A DNA stretch of 60,382 nucleotides, the filler included. It is 3 parts of 3 records of this genome, joined end to end, with 100 filler letters (N's around TTAATTAATTAA, not from the genome) between each part and the next. Parts side by side here need not be neighbours in the genome. Positions count along the whole stretch, not along the records: positions 1 to 17,989 come from SRR20825006_164; 2 more parts are not named here. One strand, given 5' to 3'. Below are positions 1 to 10,800 of the stretch, one piece after another. The translations under genes were made by a program, and so were the position numbers. The first letter of the stretch is position 1, and each line of letters begins with the position of its first letter. The notes below the pieces were generated by a model. It did not search any database, was not told the DNA's origin, and was given only the letters and a program-made list of their open reading frames with translations.

Positions 1-693
1 ATAAGGCCAAACCGCCCAATACGGAATAAGAGCTACAAAATGCTCATTTTCAACTAAAATTCGTTCCTTTAATTCTAATTCTTGTTTTAAATAATCTTGC
101 AGAAGACTTCTCTTGTTAGTATCCCAATATTCTTTTTGATGTTGTTGTTTTTTTAAAACTTCTTGTGGAATAGACGATTGCGACCATATTTGTCCATGTG
201 GATGCGGATTGCTACATCCCATAATTGCGCCTTTGTTTTCAAAAATCTGCACATGATTAATTGCTGGGTTACCTCCCAATTCTTTATACTCCTGCTTCCA
301 AAGCTTTACTACATTGGTAATTTCTTCAACCTCCATTAAAGGAAGCGTTAATGCGTGGTTTGGAGAAAAACAAACTACTTTACAAATCCCCATTTCTGTT
401 TCCGCTTTTAAGAGTCCGTTGTCATAAGTTTCGCTCTCAACATCTGGTAATAAAGCTGCAAAATCGTTTGTAAAAGCGTAAGTTCCTTTATAGTCAGGGT
501 TAACATCTCCGCTTGCTCTTTCGTTAGTTGGGCACAAATAACAACTAGCATCGTATGTTTCCTTTTGTAATTCACTCTTTTGATCCTTTTTACCTTGCCA
601 AGGACGTTTTGTTCGATGTGGAGAAACTAAAACCCACTCCCCTGTTAATATATTATACCTTCTATGCGGCTTATTATTAATTGTGTTTTTCAA
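1..693 (-). CDS. galT: Galactose-1-phosphate uridylyltransferase, 3' end runs off the window (missing from the ORF track)
   Basis: Manual minus-strand translation from TTG at 693: MKNTINNKPHRRYNILTGEWVLVSPHRTKRPWQG...GAIMGCSNPHPHGQIW...LIPYWAVWPY. Contains the HPHGQ catalytic motif and lies next to galK. Confidence 0.95.
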   Translation of the reverse strand, partial: MKNTINNKPHRRYNILTGEWVLVSPHRTKRPWQGKKDQKSELQKETYDASCYLCPTNERASGDVNPDYKGTYAFTNDFAALLPDVESETYDNGLLKAETEMGICKVVCFSPNHALTLPLMEVEEITNVVKLWKQEYKELGGNPAINHVQIFENKGAIMGCSNPHPHGQIWSQSSIPQEVLKKQQHQKEYWDTNKRSLLQDYLKQELELKERILVENEHFVALIPYWAVWPY

Positions 694-855
694 ACGAATA
701 AATTTAAGTTAAACATTTAATTTTATATATAACTAAGTAAAGAATCACTCCCTTTTAAAAACATTCTCTTTATTCATTTCCTTTTATGGAGGCGATTATA
801 CATTAACTTAGCTCAGCATTTTGCTATGCTTAATCCCTTAATGAGGGTTTCATGC

Positions 856-2022
856 TTATATTTTTGATACCCCATTGCTAATTTTTACTTCAATTGGGCT
901 TAATTCTATCTTGAATTTTTCTTGGTATGCTTTTGCAATGCTTTCAATATATTCAGCTACAAAATCTTGATGTACAATATTTATAGTACAACCTCCAAAA
1001 CCGCCGCCCATCATTCTAGACCCCAAAACATACTCAAACTTTTTAGAGAAATCCACCATAAAATCTAATTCTGCACAGCTTACTTCATACATTTCACTTA
1101 ATCCTTGATGCGACTGATATACTAATTTCCCAAATAAATCAAACAAATCATCTTCCAATGCATTGGCAGCCATTAGAGTACGCTTATTTTCTTGGATTAC
1201 ATACAAAGCTCTGTTATATGTTTTCTCCGGAAGTTTCTCTTTGAATTCATTTAAAACTTCTTCAGAAACATCTACTAAATACTTAGATGAAGGGTATTTT
1301 TGTTGAATTATTTCCAAAGCTTCTTCACATTCTTTTCTTCTCGTATTGTATTCGCTACTGGCCAAATTATGAGACACATTGGAGTTTAAAAGCACCAATT
1401 GATACGGTTCAATATCAGATTGGATTAACTCATACTTTAAATTTTGACAATTCAATAAAAGTAAATGGTTTACTTCCCCTCTAACTACAGCAAACTGATC
1501 CATAATTCCACATTTTGTTCCCACAAAATTATGCTCAGCATCTCTAGAAAGAGTTATTATTTCTTCAGAAGTTAAACCTATTCTGAAGAGTTCATTAAGT
1601 CCTTTTGCCATTCCACATTCTAATGCTGCGGAAGAACTCAATCCAGACCCCATAGGTAAATCGCTTTCAATAATACAATCAAACCCTTCTATACTACCCT
1701 TTTTTATTTCTTCTATAAAATGAACAACTCCTAAAATATAATTTTGCCATTCTACCTTACTAGGATTTACTTCAGATAAATTAAAACTAAACCCTGTATT
1801 GTAATTTTGAGACCAAATAGTACACGTATTTGAGGTATTCTTCCTAAAATACATTTTAATTTTTCTGTCAATTGCAGCAGGTAAAACATGTCCGCCATTG
1901 TAATCTATATGCTCACCAATTAAATTAATTCTTCCAGGAGAAGCTATTTTTACTTCGCTTTTAAAATCTTTTAAATTCAAAAAGTTTTCTTGCCTATTAA
2001 CAGATTGCGTTGTATTTTTCAA
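856..2022 (-). CDS. galK: Galactokinase (GHMP kinase)
   Basis: PGRINLIGEHIDYN signature, PMGSGLSSSAA ATP loop, GIMDQ, GSRMMGGGFGGC. Confidence 0.96.
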   Translation of the reverse strand: MKNTTQSVNRQENFLNLKDFKSEVKIASPGRINLIGEHIDYNGGHVLPAAIDRKIKMYFRKNTSNTCTIWSQNYNTGFSFNLSEVNPSKVEWQNYILGVVHFIEEIKKGSIEGFDCIIESDLPMGSGLSSSAALECGMAKGLNELFRIGLTSEEIITLSRDAEHNFVGTKCGIMDQFAVVRGEVNHLLLLNCQNLKYELIQSDIEPYQLVLLNSNVSHNLASSEYNTRRKECEEALEIIQQKYPSSKYLVDVSEEVLNEFKEKLPEKTYNRALYVIQENKRTLMAANALEDDLFDLFGKLVYQSHQGLSEMYEVSCAELDFMVDFSKKFEYVLGSRMMGGGFGGCTINIVHQDFVAEYIESIAKAYQEKFKIELSPIEVKISNGVSKI

Positions 2023-2042
2023 ATCATATATTTTTCTTTAAC

Positions 2043-2079
2043 AAATATAATAAAAGTGATATGCACTTTTATTATATTT
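2043..2079. promoter_or_regulatory. Perfect palindrome, candidate NrtR-family operator overlapping divergent promoters
   Basis: AAATATAATAAAAGTG-ATATG-CACTTTTATTATATTT: 16-bp arms with a GT-N7-AC core. Minus-strand TATATTTG (2042-2049) matches the Bacteroidota -7 element TAnnTTTG for galK. Confidence 0.8.
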
Positions 2080-2105
2080 AATTAAAAAATTAAAAAAAAT
2101 TGTAA

Positions 2106-2810
2106 ATGACTTCATCAACTAGTAATTTTTACGCTGAAGAAAACAAAATATTTGTAGCAACAGACTGCATTGTATTTGGTTTTGATGATGGCGAATTAAA
2201 ACTTTTAATCTTTAAAAGACGTGTAGCACCACATGAAGGCGATTGGTCTTTAATAGGTAGCTTTGTTAAGCCTAGTGAAGATGTAGATGAAGCTGCTCAA
2301 AGGGTTTTAAAAGAAATTACTGGACTTGATAATGTGTTCTTTGAACAATCTAAAACCTATGGAAAAGCAGATAGAGATGAAGGTGCTCGTTGCATTTCTG
2401 TAGCGCAATTTGCACTTATTCGGATTGATGAATACGATAGAAAACTCACAGAAAAACACGGCGCTTATTGGTATAAACTTGAAGATCTACCAAAGCTTGT
2501 TTTAGATCATGACCAAATGGTAACCGATGCGCTTAGCAAATTAAGAAGTCGCGCCAAACACCAACCTATTGGTTTTGAACTACTTCCAGAAAAGTTTACG
2601 ATTCCACAGTTACAAAGTTTATACGAAGCTATTTTTCAAAGAAAACTAGATCCAGGAAATTTCAGAAAAAAAGTACTCTCTTTTGAAGTTCTAAAAAAAC
2701 AAGCTGAAAAAGATAAAAGTGCCTCAAAACGTGGCGCATACTATTATATGTTTGATCATCAAAAATATCAAAACCTATTAGAATCTGGTTATAACTTTGA
2801 AATTCTATAA
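2106..2810 (+). CDS. NrtR/AraR-family transcriptional regulator (Nudix domain plus C-terminal winged helix)
   Basis: VATDCIVFGFD, WSLIGSFV...EDVDEAAQRVLKEITG degenerate Nudix box, FELLPEKFTIPQLQSLYEAI...NFRKK winged helix. Confidence 0.88.
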   Translation: MTSSTSNFYAEENKIFVATDCIVFGFDDGELKLLIFKRRVAPHEGDWSLIGSFVKPSEDVDEAAQRVLKEITGLDNVFFEQSKTYGKADRDEGARCISVAQFALIRIDEYDRKLTEKHGAYWYKLEDLPKLVLDHDQMVTDALSKLRSRAKHQPIGFELLPEKFTIPQLQSLYEAIFQRKLDPGNFRKKVLSFEVLKKQAEKDKSASKRGAYYYMFDHQKYQNLLESGYNFEIL

Positions 2811-2846
2811 AAGATAACTTTTACAGCATACTTCTTTTAATTACTG

Positions 2847-2854
2847 TAAATTTG
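2847..2854 (+). promoter_or_regulatory. Bacteroidota -7 promoter element
   Basis: TAAATTTG matches TAnnTTTG, 23 nt upstream of the ATG at 2877. Confidence 0.55.
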
Positions 2855-2876
2855 CTACTGAAAAAGTAAGTTTAAA

Positions 2877-3524
2877 ATGAACAAGCAACTTCTATTGTCT
2901 ATTCTATGTCTTAGCTTTAGTGTTTTTTTAAGTGCTCAAGAAATAGCTTTATTAAAGTACAATGGTGGTGGAGACTGGTATGCAAACCCTACAGCGCTTC
3001 CAAATTTAATTGCTTTTTGTAATACTAATATTCACACTACCATAAAAAGTAAACCTGCTACTGTAGAAACTGGAAGTATCGATATTTTTCAATATCCTTT
3101 TATACATATGACTGGGCATGGAAATGTTTTTTTTTCGGAAGAAGAAGCTATAAACCTTAGAAAATACCTTCTTTCTGGTGGGTTTTTGCACATTGACGAC
3201 AATTACGGAATGGCTCCTTATTTAAAAAAAGAATTAGTTAAAGTTTTTCCTGATAAAGAACTAACAGAAATTCCTACCTCCCACCCTATCTTTAACGAAA
3301 CTTATAAATTCCCAAATGGACTCCCTAAAATACATGAGCACGACGGAAAACAGCCACAAGCATTGGGAATATTTGATAACAACAGACTAATTCTTCTTTT
3401 TACCTTTGAAAGTGATCTGGGAGATGGATGGGAAGATGAAGAAGTCCATAACGACCCTCAAGAAATCCGACAAAAAGCATTAAAAATGGGGGCTAACATA
3501 ATACAATACGCTTTTGAACATTAA
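2877..3524 (+). CDS. DUF4159-family secreted protein
   Basis: Signal peptide, KYNGGGDWY, YPFIHMTGHG, YLLSGGFLHIDDNYG, DLGDGWE, MGANII. Confidence 0.8.
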   Translation: MNKQLLLSILCLSFSVFLSAQEIALLKYNGGGDWYANPTALPNLIAFCNTNIHTTIKSKPATVETGSIDIFQYPFIHMTGHGNVFFSEEEAINLRKYLLSGGFLHIDDNYGMAPYLKKELVKVFPDKELTEIPTSHPIFNETYKFPNGLPKIHEHDGKQPQALGIFDNNRLILLFTFESDLGDGWEDEEVHNDPQEIRQKALKMGANIIQYAFEH

Positions 3525-3525
3525 A

Positions 3526-4035
3526 ATGACAACACAACTGGAGCATACTAATACTAACTTCTCGGAAAAACAATTTCCAATCACCATTATATGCGACCAT
3601 ATTACCAGCGCTGCAAACATAGGTGCTATTTTTAGGCTAGCAGATGCTTTTGGTGTAGAAAAAGTTATATTTGTAGGAAACGAGCCTGTTTTTACAAGAC
3701 GTATGCAAAAAACAGCTAGAGCAACTCATAAAACCGTTCCTTTTGAGCATCTTACAGAAGAAAATGATTGTATTGAATTTTTAAAAAAAGAAAAATATAC
3801 CATTATAGCTTTAGAAATAACAAATAATAGCACTTCTATTAATAACCTAAAAATTTCTAATAAGAATAAAACTGCTATTATTATCGGAAATGAAAATTAT
3901 GGAGTTTCTAAAAACCTCCTTTCTATTGCTAACCATACTACTCATATTGAGATGTTTGGAAAAAATAGCAGTATGAATTTAGCACAAGCTACAGCCATTT
4001 GCTTATATGAAGTAACCAATAATTATCAACTATAA
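3526..4035 (+). CDS. TrmH/SpoU-family RNA methyltransferase
   Basis: NIGAIFRLADAFG, IIIGNENYGVS and SSMNLAQA SPOUT motifs. ATG 3526 preferred over the overlapping TTG at 3514. Confidence 0.85.
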   Translation: MTTQLEHTNTNFSEKQFPITIICDHITSAANIGAIFRLADAFGVEKVIFVGNEPVFTRRMQKTARATHKTVPFEHLTEENDCIEFLKKEKYTIIALEITNNSTSINNLKISNKNKTAIIIGNENYGVSKNLLSIANHTTHIEMFGKNSSMNLAQATAICLYEVTNNYQL

Positions 4036-4164
4036 ATAATAAGACATTTTCCTTAATTTTATATTGAAATTGCTATTGTTTTAACAACTAGCAACACAAC
4101 TAAAAACTAACCTTTTCGATATTAAATATCGGATAAAACCCTAAAAGGGAACAACGTAATTAAA

Positions 4165-5265
4165 ATGGATTCTAAAACTATTTCTAACGGGATATTAAGA
4201 GCCCTAGCAACCATAATAGGAGTTTCGCTATTGCTCTTTTTTATATACAAAATCAAAGCAATAATAGCCTATATTATTATAGCCTTGGTAATTTCTTTAA
4301 TTGGAAGGCCAATTGTAAGGTTCTTACGAAAGAAATGTAAATTAAACGACAACGTTGCAGTAATTATTACCATGGTTATCATGATTTTATTTACCGTTGG
4401 AGTTATAAGCCTATTTGTACCTTTAATTATAGAGCAAGGAAAAAATCTTTCTTTGCTAAATATTGATAATTTAAGAGCTAGTTTACAAGACGTATATAGA
4501 GAGATTTCAGATTATTTCTCTGTTAGTAGATACAAAGTTGAGCAATCTATAGAAGAGTCTATAAAAACTTCAGAGTTTATTTCTAATATAGATTTATCTG
4601 CTATTCCAAATATGTTTAAATACATTGTTGGAGGAATAGGATCTCTTAGTGTTGCAATTTTTACGGTTATCTTTATATCATTTTTCTTTTTAAAAGATAG
4701 TCGCTTATTTCAAAACGGACTCTTAACTTTCATTCCCCCAGAGAACGAACAAAGCGTAATAAATTCCCTAGAAAAAATAAAAAATTTACTCTCACGATAT
4801 TTCATAGGATTATTACTTCAAATAGCTATATTATTTGTTATTTATACAGCCGTTTTAATCATCTTAGGAATAGACGATGCTATAGTAATTGCATTCCTTT
4901 GTGCGCTTTTAAATTTAGTACCATACATAGGTCCTTTAATTGGAGGGGTATTAATGATATCTTTAACGATGTCTAGTAATTTAGGAGCAGATTTTAGCAC
5001 CGTTATTTTACCAAAATCCATCTATGTTTTAATCGGATTCATGATAGGTCAACTTATAGATAACTTCTTTAGTCAGCCGCTAATTTTTTCAAATAGTGTA
5101 AAATCACATCCTCTAGAAATCTTCTTAGTTATTATTATTGCAGGAATGATTTTTGGTGCTTTCGGAATGGTATTAGCTGTACCCATATATACCGCTTTAA
5201 AAGTGGTTTTAAAGGAGTTTTTATCCGAAAATAAGATTGTTGGTAAGCTTACAAAAAACTTATAG
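4165..5265 (+). CDS. AI-2E family transporter
   Basis: Multiple TM helices, NLVPYIGP, QLIDNFFSQPLIFSNSVKSHPL, GMVLAVP. Confidence 0.85.
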   Translation: MDSKTISNGILRALATIIGVSLLLFFIYKIKAIIAYIIIALVISLIGRPIVRFLRKKCKLNDNVAVIITMVIMILFTVGVISLFVPLIIEQGKNLSLLNIDNLRASLQDVYREISDYFSVSRYKVEQSIEESIKTSEFISNIDLSAIPNMFKYIVGGIGSLSVAIFTVIFISFFFLKDSRLFQNGLLTFIPPENEQSVINSLEKIKNLLSRYFIGLLLQIAILFVIYTAVLIILGIDDAIVIAFLCALLNLVPYIGPLIGGVLMISLTMSSNLGADFSTVILPKSIYVLIGFMIGQLIDNFFSQPLIFSNSVKSHPLEIFLVIIIAGMIFGAFGMVLAVPIYTALKVVLKEFLSENKIVGKLTKNL

Positions 5266-5272
5266 TTTTACT

Positions 5273-6457
5273 TTGAATAAAGAAATATTAAATACTGGTA
5301 CACAATATTTTATAAATAAAAATATTAATACTGACATTTCGTCACTTTTACTAAAAGGTTTCGATTTAGAGGGAGTTGACACAAAAGAGGTTGTAGAACA
5401 AATTGAAGCTAAGAAAAAATCAGAAAAAAAACTTCCTACCTGGTTTAAAACTGACAAGATTTACTATCCTAACAAACTAAATATTGAACAAACCTCCTCA
5501 GAAATTACTGCTCACTACAAAGCCAGTTTAGTGAACGGAAAAAAACTAGTAGATCTTACTGGAGGATTTGGAGTCGACTCTTATTATTTTTCCAAACGTT
5601 TTAAAGAAGTTCTTCATTTTGAAATCAATGAAAATTTATCAAAAATAGCCACTCATAATTTTAAAGTTTTAGGTCAAAAAAACATCTTCACTTTTGCAGA
5701 GGACGGCATCTCTTTTCTTGAAAAAACAAAGGATAATTTTGATTGTATTTTTGTGGATCCTTCAAGAAGAGATAATAAAAAAAATAAAGTATTTTTACTA
5801 CAAGATTGTACACCTAATATGCAGCTTGTTTTACCAGTACTACTAAAAAAATCTCCTACTGTAATTGTAAAAACCTCTCCTCTACTCGATATTTCTAAAG
5901 GAATTGAAGAACTAAAAAAGGTAGTGGAAATTCATGTTGTTGCTGTTAATAATGATGTAAAAGAACTTCTTTGGATTATAAAAGACAAGAAAACTACCAC
6001 CCCTTTGATTAGAACCATCAATTTTTCAAAACATATAACAGAAGAATTTGATTTTCATTTAAATGAAGAAAGTAATACAAATACTGAGTTTTCGCTCCCA
6101 AAAAAGTATTTATACGAGCCCAATTCTGCAATTTTAAAAAGTGGCGGTTTTAATTCAATAGCAACAAAACTACACCTCTCTAAGCTCCACTCAAATACTC
6201 ATTTATACACTAATGACGAGCTAATTAACTTTCCAGGACGCTCCTTTATAATTAAAGACATTATTCCATACAACAAAAAAGCACTGAAGAAAATTCTTCC
6301 AGAAAACAAGGCCAATATTACCACTAGAAATTTCCCTGAAAGCGTTGCTCAAATTCGTAAAAAGACTAAAATTACAGATGGAGGAAACACCTACCTCTTC
6401 TTTTGTACTAATATTAATAACGAAAAAATTATTATTCTTTCTGAGAAAACAACATAA
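5273..6457 (+). CDS. Class I SAM-dependent methyltransferase with THUMP-like C-terminal domain
   Basis: EQTSSE, DLTGGFGVD, FVDPSRR, KTSPLLD, YLYEPNSAILKSG, ANITTRNFP. Start moved to TTG 5273 to avoid overlap. Confidence 0.8.
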   Translation: MNKEILNTGTQYFINKNINTDISSLLLKGFDLEGVDTKEVVEQIEAKKKSEKKLPTWFKTDKIYYPNKLNIEQTSSEITAHYKASLVNGKKLVDLTGGFGVDSYYFSKRFKEVLHFEINENLSKIATHNFKVLGQKNIFTFAEDGISFLEKTKDNFDCIFVDPSRRDNKKNKVFLLQDCTPNMQLVLPVLLKKSPTVIVKTSPLLDISKGIEELKKVVEIHVVAVNNDVKELLWIIKDKKTTTPLIRTINFSKHITEEFDFHLNEESNTNTEFSLPKKYLYEPNSAILKSGGFNSIATKLHLSKLHSNTHLYTNDELINFPGRSFIIKDIIPYNKKALKKILPENKANITTRNFPESVAQIRKKTKITDGGNTYLFFCTNINNEKIIILSEKTT

Positions 6458-6532
6458 TTGACTTCAAAATAAACAGCGTTAACGTACCTTATTCAATATT
6501 TTTGCTATTTTAGCAGATAAAATAGAAAGAAT

Positions 6533-7594
6533 TTGACAATTAAAGAAATAGCTAAGCTAGCAAATGTTTCTCTAGGAACCGTAGATAGAGTACTGCATAA
6601 ACGAGGAAAAGTATCTAAAGAGACTGAAAAAAAAGTGCTTGATATTATCGAAAAAGGTAATTATAAGCCAAATATATATGCTCGTGGTTTGGTTTTAAAC
6701 CGATCTTATAAAATAGCCGCACTTGTACCAAACTATAATAATGGAGAATATTGGGAGATGCCCTCTAAAGGCATTAAAATGGCGGAGAAAAATTTAAGTC
6801 AGTTTGGAATAAACCTAAGCATTCTATACTTCGATCAAAACTCAGTTTCCTCATTTACAGAAAAGGCAGAAGAACTTTTAAAACTCAAACCAGATGGGGT
6901 TATCCTAGCTCCAGTTATAAATTTTGAAGCAGTAAAGCTTACTAAAAAACTAGACGAAGCTAAAATCCCTTTTAGCCTTATTGATTCTAACATCCCTAAC
7001 AGTAACGCTTTGAGTTTTATTGGTCAGGATGCATTTCAAAGCGGGAAATTAGCTGCCAAACTATTATGTTCAGAAATTAATTCAAAAGGAACAATATCAA
7101 TCATTTCCATTAAGAATAATGAAAACCATAATAAAACTTTACAACAACGAATTGAAGGTTTTAAAGATTATATCTACAACAGCAATTTTATAGCAAATAT
7201 TACTTTAATAGAACACAACATTCATTTAGGAACTGCAAATTGGGAAGAAAACCTCACCCAAGCTTGTGCCCCAACCAATAATACTGTTGGAATATTTGTT
7301 CCCAGCTCCATGATACACCATGTTGCTAAATGTATTGAAAGTAATTTTGATACCATGAGCACTATAAAATTAGTAGGAAACGATTTAATTGCTAATAATG
7401 TAAAGTACTTAAAAAAGGGTATTATAAATTATCTAATTGGACAAAGACCTGAAAATCAAGGATATTTAGCTCTGGAGAGTTTCTATAAATATTTAGTGTT
7501 AGAGAAACAAGTTCCTCAAAAAAAATACCTCCCATTAGATATTATCACGCAAGAGAATTTAATGTATTACAATGATGATGTAGTTTCTAGTTAA
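6533..7594 (+). CDS. LacI-family transcriptional regulator (UxuR-like by context)
   Basis: TIKEIAKLANVSLGTVDRVLHKRGKVS helix-turn-helix, YKPNIYAR hinge, periplasmic-binding-protein fold. Sits upstream of a locus ending in uxuB-uxuA. Confidence 0.9.
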   Translation: MTIKEIAKLANVSLGTVDRVLHKRGKVSKETEKKVLDIIEKGNYKPNIYARGLVLNRSYKIAALVPNYNNGEYWEMPSKGIKMAEKNLSQFGINLSILYFDQNSVSSFTEKAEELLKLKPDGVILAPVINFEAVKLTKKLDEAKIPFSLIDSNIPNSNALSFIGQDAFQSGKLAAKLLCSEINSKGTISIISIKNNENHNKTLQQRIEGFKDYIYNSNFIANITLIEHNIHLGTANWEENLTQACAPTNNTVGIFVPSSMIHHVAKCIESNFDTMSTIKLVGNDLIANNVKYLKKGIINYLIGQRPENQGYLALESFYKYLVLEKQVPQKKYLPLDIITQENLMYYNDDVVSS

Positions 7595-7843
7595 TTATGG
7601 CTCGTTTATCTTTTATATACATTATATGATAATCTCAACTTTTTACCCTTATTTTTAATTAAGTAATAAAATATCTGTCAGTTTATTATATATTAAAAAA
7701 TGTTGTACGTACCTTATTTTAACATTCAAATTTATTTTTTTTCAAAAAAAACATTAACTTGGTCGATGTTTTCATATTAAAACCTGTATAAATTTCATTT
7801 AATCATTAATTTAAATCACATAGAATGAATCCTATTTAAAAAA

Positions 7844-7859
7844 ATGTGCACGTACACAT
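7844..7859. promoter_or_regulatory. Candidate LacI-type operator upstream of susC
   Basis: ATGTGCACGTACACAT near-palindrome with central CG. Related ACGTAC-containing sites at about 6476-6493 and 7701-7718. Confidence 0.6.
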
Positions 7860-7888
7860 AAAAACTAACTCTAATAAAACTTAAAATT

Positions 7889-10800
7889 ATGAAACACTTA
7901 AAACACCATGCATTGCATAATTCTAGTCCCTTTTTTAGGTATAAGAATCTATCTTTGCTATTTTTTATTATTAGTATAGGAATCGCCACACCCCTATCCG
8001 CATCTCCGCTTCAAGAGATTGATGTAACAGGAACCGTTATGGATGCTGAGGGCTTCCCGCTTCCTGGTGCTACTATTATTGAAAAAGGAACTCAAAACGG
8101 AACTCAAACAGATTTTGATGGTAATTTTCAATTATCTGTTTCCAATAAAAATGCTACGCTAGTTGTATCGTTTGTTGGTTTTTCTACTAAAGAAGTTCCC
8201 CTTTCAAACCAAAAAAATCTAACAATTACTTTAGAAACAGATGCAGCAGCTTTAGATGAAGTAGTTGTAATAGGTTACGGAACTCAAAAGAAAACAGATG
8301 TAACAGGCGCTATCTCTTCAATTTCTGGAGAAGATATAAATTCTACCAAAGAAGGAAATGCTTTTAACGCCATGGCTGGTAAGGTTGCTGGTTTAGATGT
8401 TGGCGTAACAAATGCTTCGCCAGGATCATCGCCAAGCTTATTGATTAGAGGAAGAAGTTCCCTTAATTTTTCTAATGAGCCTCTAATTGTTGTAGATGGA
8501 ATTCCTATGGAAGGAAGTTTAAACGACATAAACTCTGCTGATATTGCTTCTATGGAAGTATTAAAAGACGCTTCTTCTACTGCTATTTATGGAGCAAGAG
8601 GAGCAAATGGGGTTATCTTAATTACAACAAAAAGAGGGAAAACTGGAAAAGCCAAATTTACTTATGATACTTATTACGGTTTTGCAGAAGTACCAGAAAA
8701 TTACAAACTTCTTGATTCCGATGGTTATGTAAGTCTAAGACGTGAAGCAAGAAGAGCTGGACAAGAAGAAGAGCAAGGACTTATTCCGGGCACATTACCT
8801 TTACCCTCTATTGAAAGCTCTCTAGAACCGCTTCAATTAGCTGCATATCAAGATGGGGTTAATACAGATTTCCTTGATTTAGGAACTCGTGCAGGACAAC
8901 AGGTTAATCACCAATTAGGCGTTTCTGGGGGTTCAGAAAAAATAAGATACAACCTTTCTTTGAGTTATTTTGATCAAAACGGGGTTTATAATTTAGCAGA
9001 TTATGAGCGTTACACTTTTAGAGCCAATCTCGATATTAATGCTACCGATAAATTAAAAATAGGTTTATCTCAACAGGCAAATTTTTCAAAAACAAACAAT
9101 TACAATCCTTTAGCAGATTTAATGAGCCAGCCTCCTCTTGTTACTCCTTTTGATGAAGATGGGGTTGCCACACTGGATCCATTAGCTGACGGACTTAATT
9201 GGAATCCTTTGAGTAATGAAACTCCTGGAAATTATATTGATGAAACTATAAATTACCGCTACTTTGCAAATATTTTTGCTAGTTATCAAATTCTAGATGG
9301 ATTAAAATATACCTTAAATGTTCAACCTCAGTTTGAATCGCTTACCGATAATGATTTCCGCGCTTCTCTTTCAGATAGCCGTACAGGCGGACTTTCACAA
9401 GCTTCAAAAGCAACAAGGGTAAATACAGCTTATACTATTGAGAATATCTTAAATTATTCAAAAATGATTGGCGACAATCATTCTATTGACGCTACCTTCC
9501 TCTACAGTTTTCAAGAAACTAAAAGAGATTATTTATACTTACAGGTTTCTGGACTTGCAAACGACAGTCAGACATTTAACAATTTAAGTGATGGCTCTCA
9601 AGTAGACAATCGTGATAGTTCTTTACAGACCGAAGGTTGGGTTTCTTACATGAGTCGTATTAATTATGGTTTTAAAAACAAGTATCTCCTTACACTTACT
9701 GGTCGTTATGATGGTTCTTCAAAATTGTCTAAAGGAAAAAAATGGGGCTTCTTCCCTTCTGCTTCTTTTGCATGGAGAATTATTCAAGAGGATTTCCTAA
9801 AAAACCAAACTGTTCTAAGCGATCTTAAACTTAGAACTGGTTACGGGCAGGTAGGTCGTAATCCAATTGCTCCCTACGCTACCTTTGGAAGCATTAAAAG
9901 ATTAGAAAACTCTTTTGGTGGAAATCCTGCTTTTGGTTTTCAACCAGAAGACATTGCAAATCCAGATCTTAAATGGGAAACCACTACCACTTTTGACATC
10001 GGTTTAGATTATGCTTTTGCTAAAAATAGAATTGCGGGGAGTATTGATTATTACACAGGAAAAACAACCGATTTATTATTAAATAGAGTTTTACCTTCTA
10101 CTTCTGGATATTCTTCTATTCTTCAAAATGTTGGAGAAACTAAAAACTCTGGGATTGAATTAACATTAAGTACTGTTAATATTGAAACTGATAAGTTTAG
10201 ATGGACAACCGATTTTAATTTTTCAGCTAATAAAAGTGAAATCGTAAAACTTTTGGATAGCCAATCGGATGATGTTGGAAATGGATGGTTTATTGGGCAG
10301 CCATTAAGTGTTTATTACGACCGAGTTTTTAACGGAATCTGGCAGCTTGATGAAAATGATGTTGCAAACAGCTACGGAAGAAGACCGGGAGATATAAAAC
10401 TTGCCGATTTAAATAACGATGGAATGCTTAATGATGATGACCGAAAAATATTAGGGCAATTAGACCCAAAATGGATTGGTGGTTTTACCAGTAAAATGGA
10501 GTATTCAGGTTTTGATTTTTTAGTAACACTTTATACACGCCAAGGAAACTTAACTCGCTCACGAGCATTAGAAAATGTAACAATTTTTGGTAGAAATAAC
10601 GATTTAGACCTTAATTATTGGACTCCAGAAAACCCAAGTAACGAATATCCACGTCCTAATATTAACAGAGAAAGACCATTGGATAATGGTGTGTTAAGTT
10701 ATGTAGATGCTTCATTTGTAAGAATCCGAAACATTACATTTGGTTATACACTTAACAAAGAAGTAAGCGAGATTTTAGGTTTGGAAAGATTGCGTTTGTA

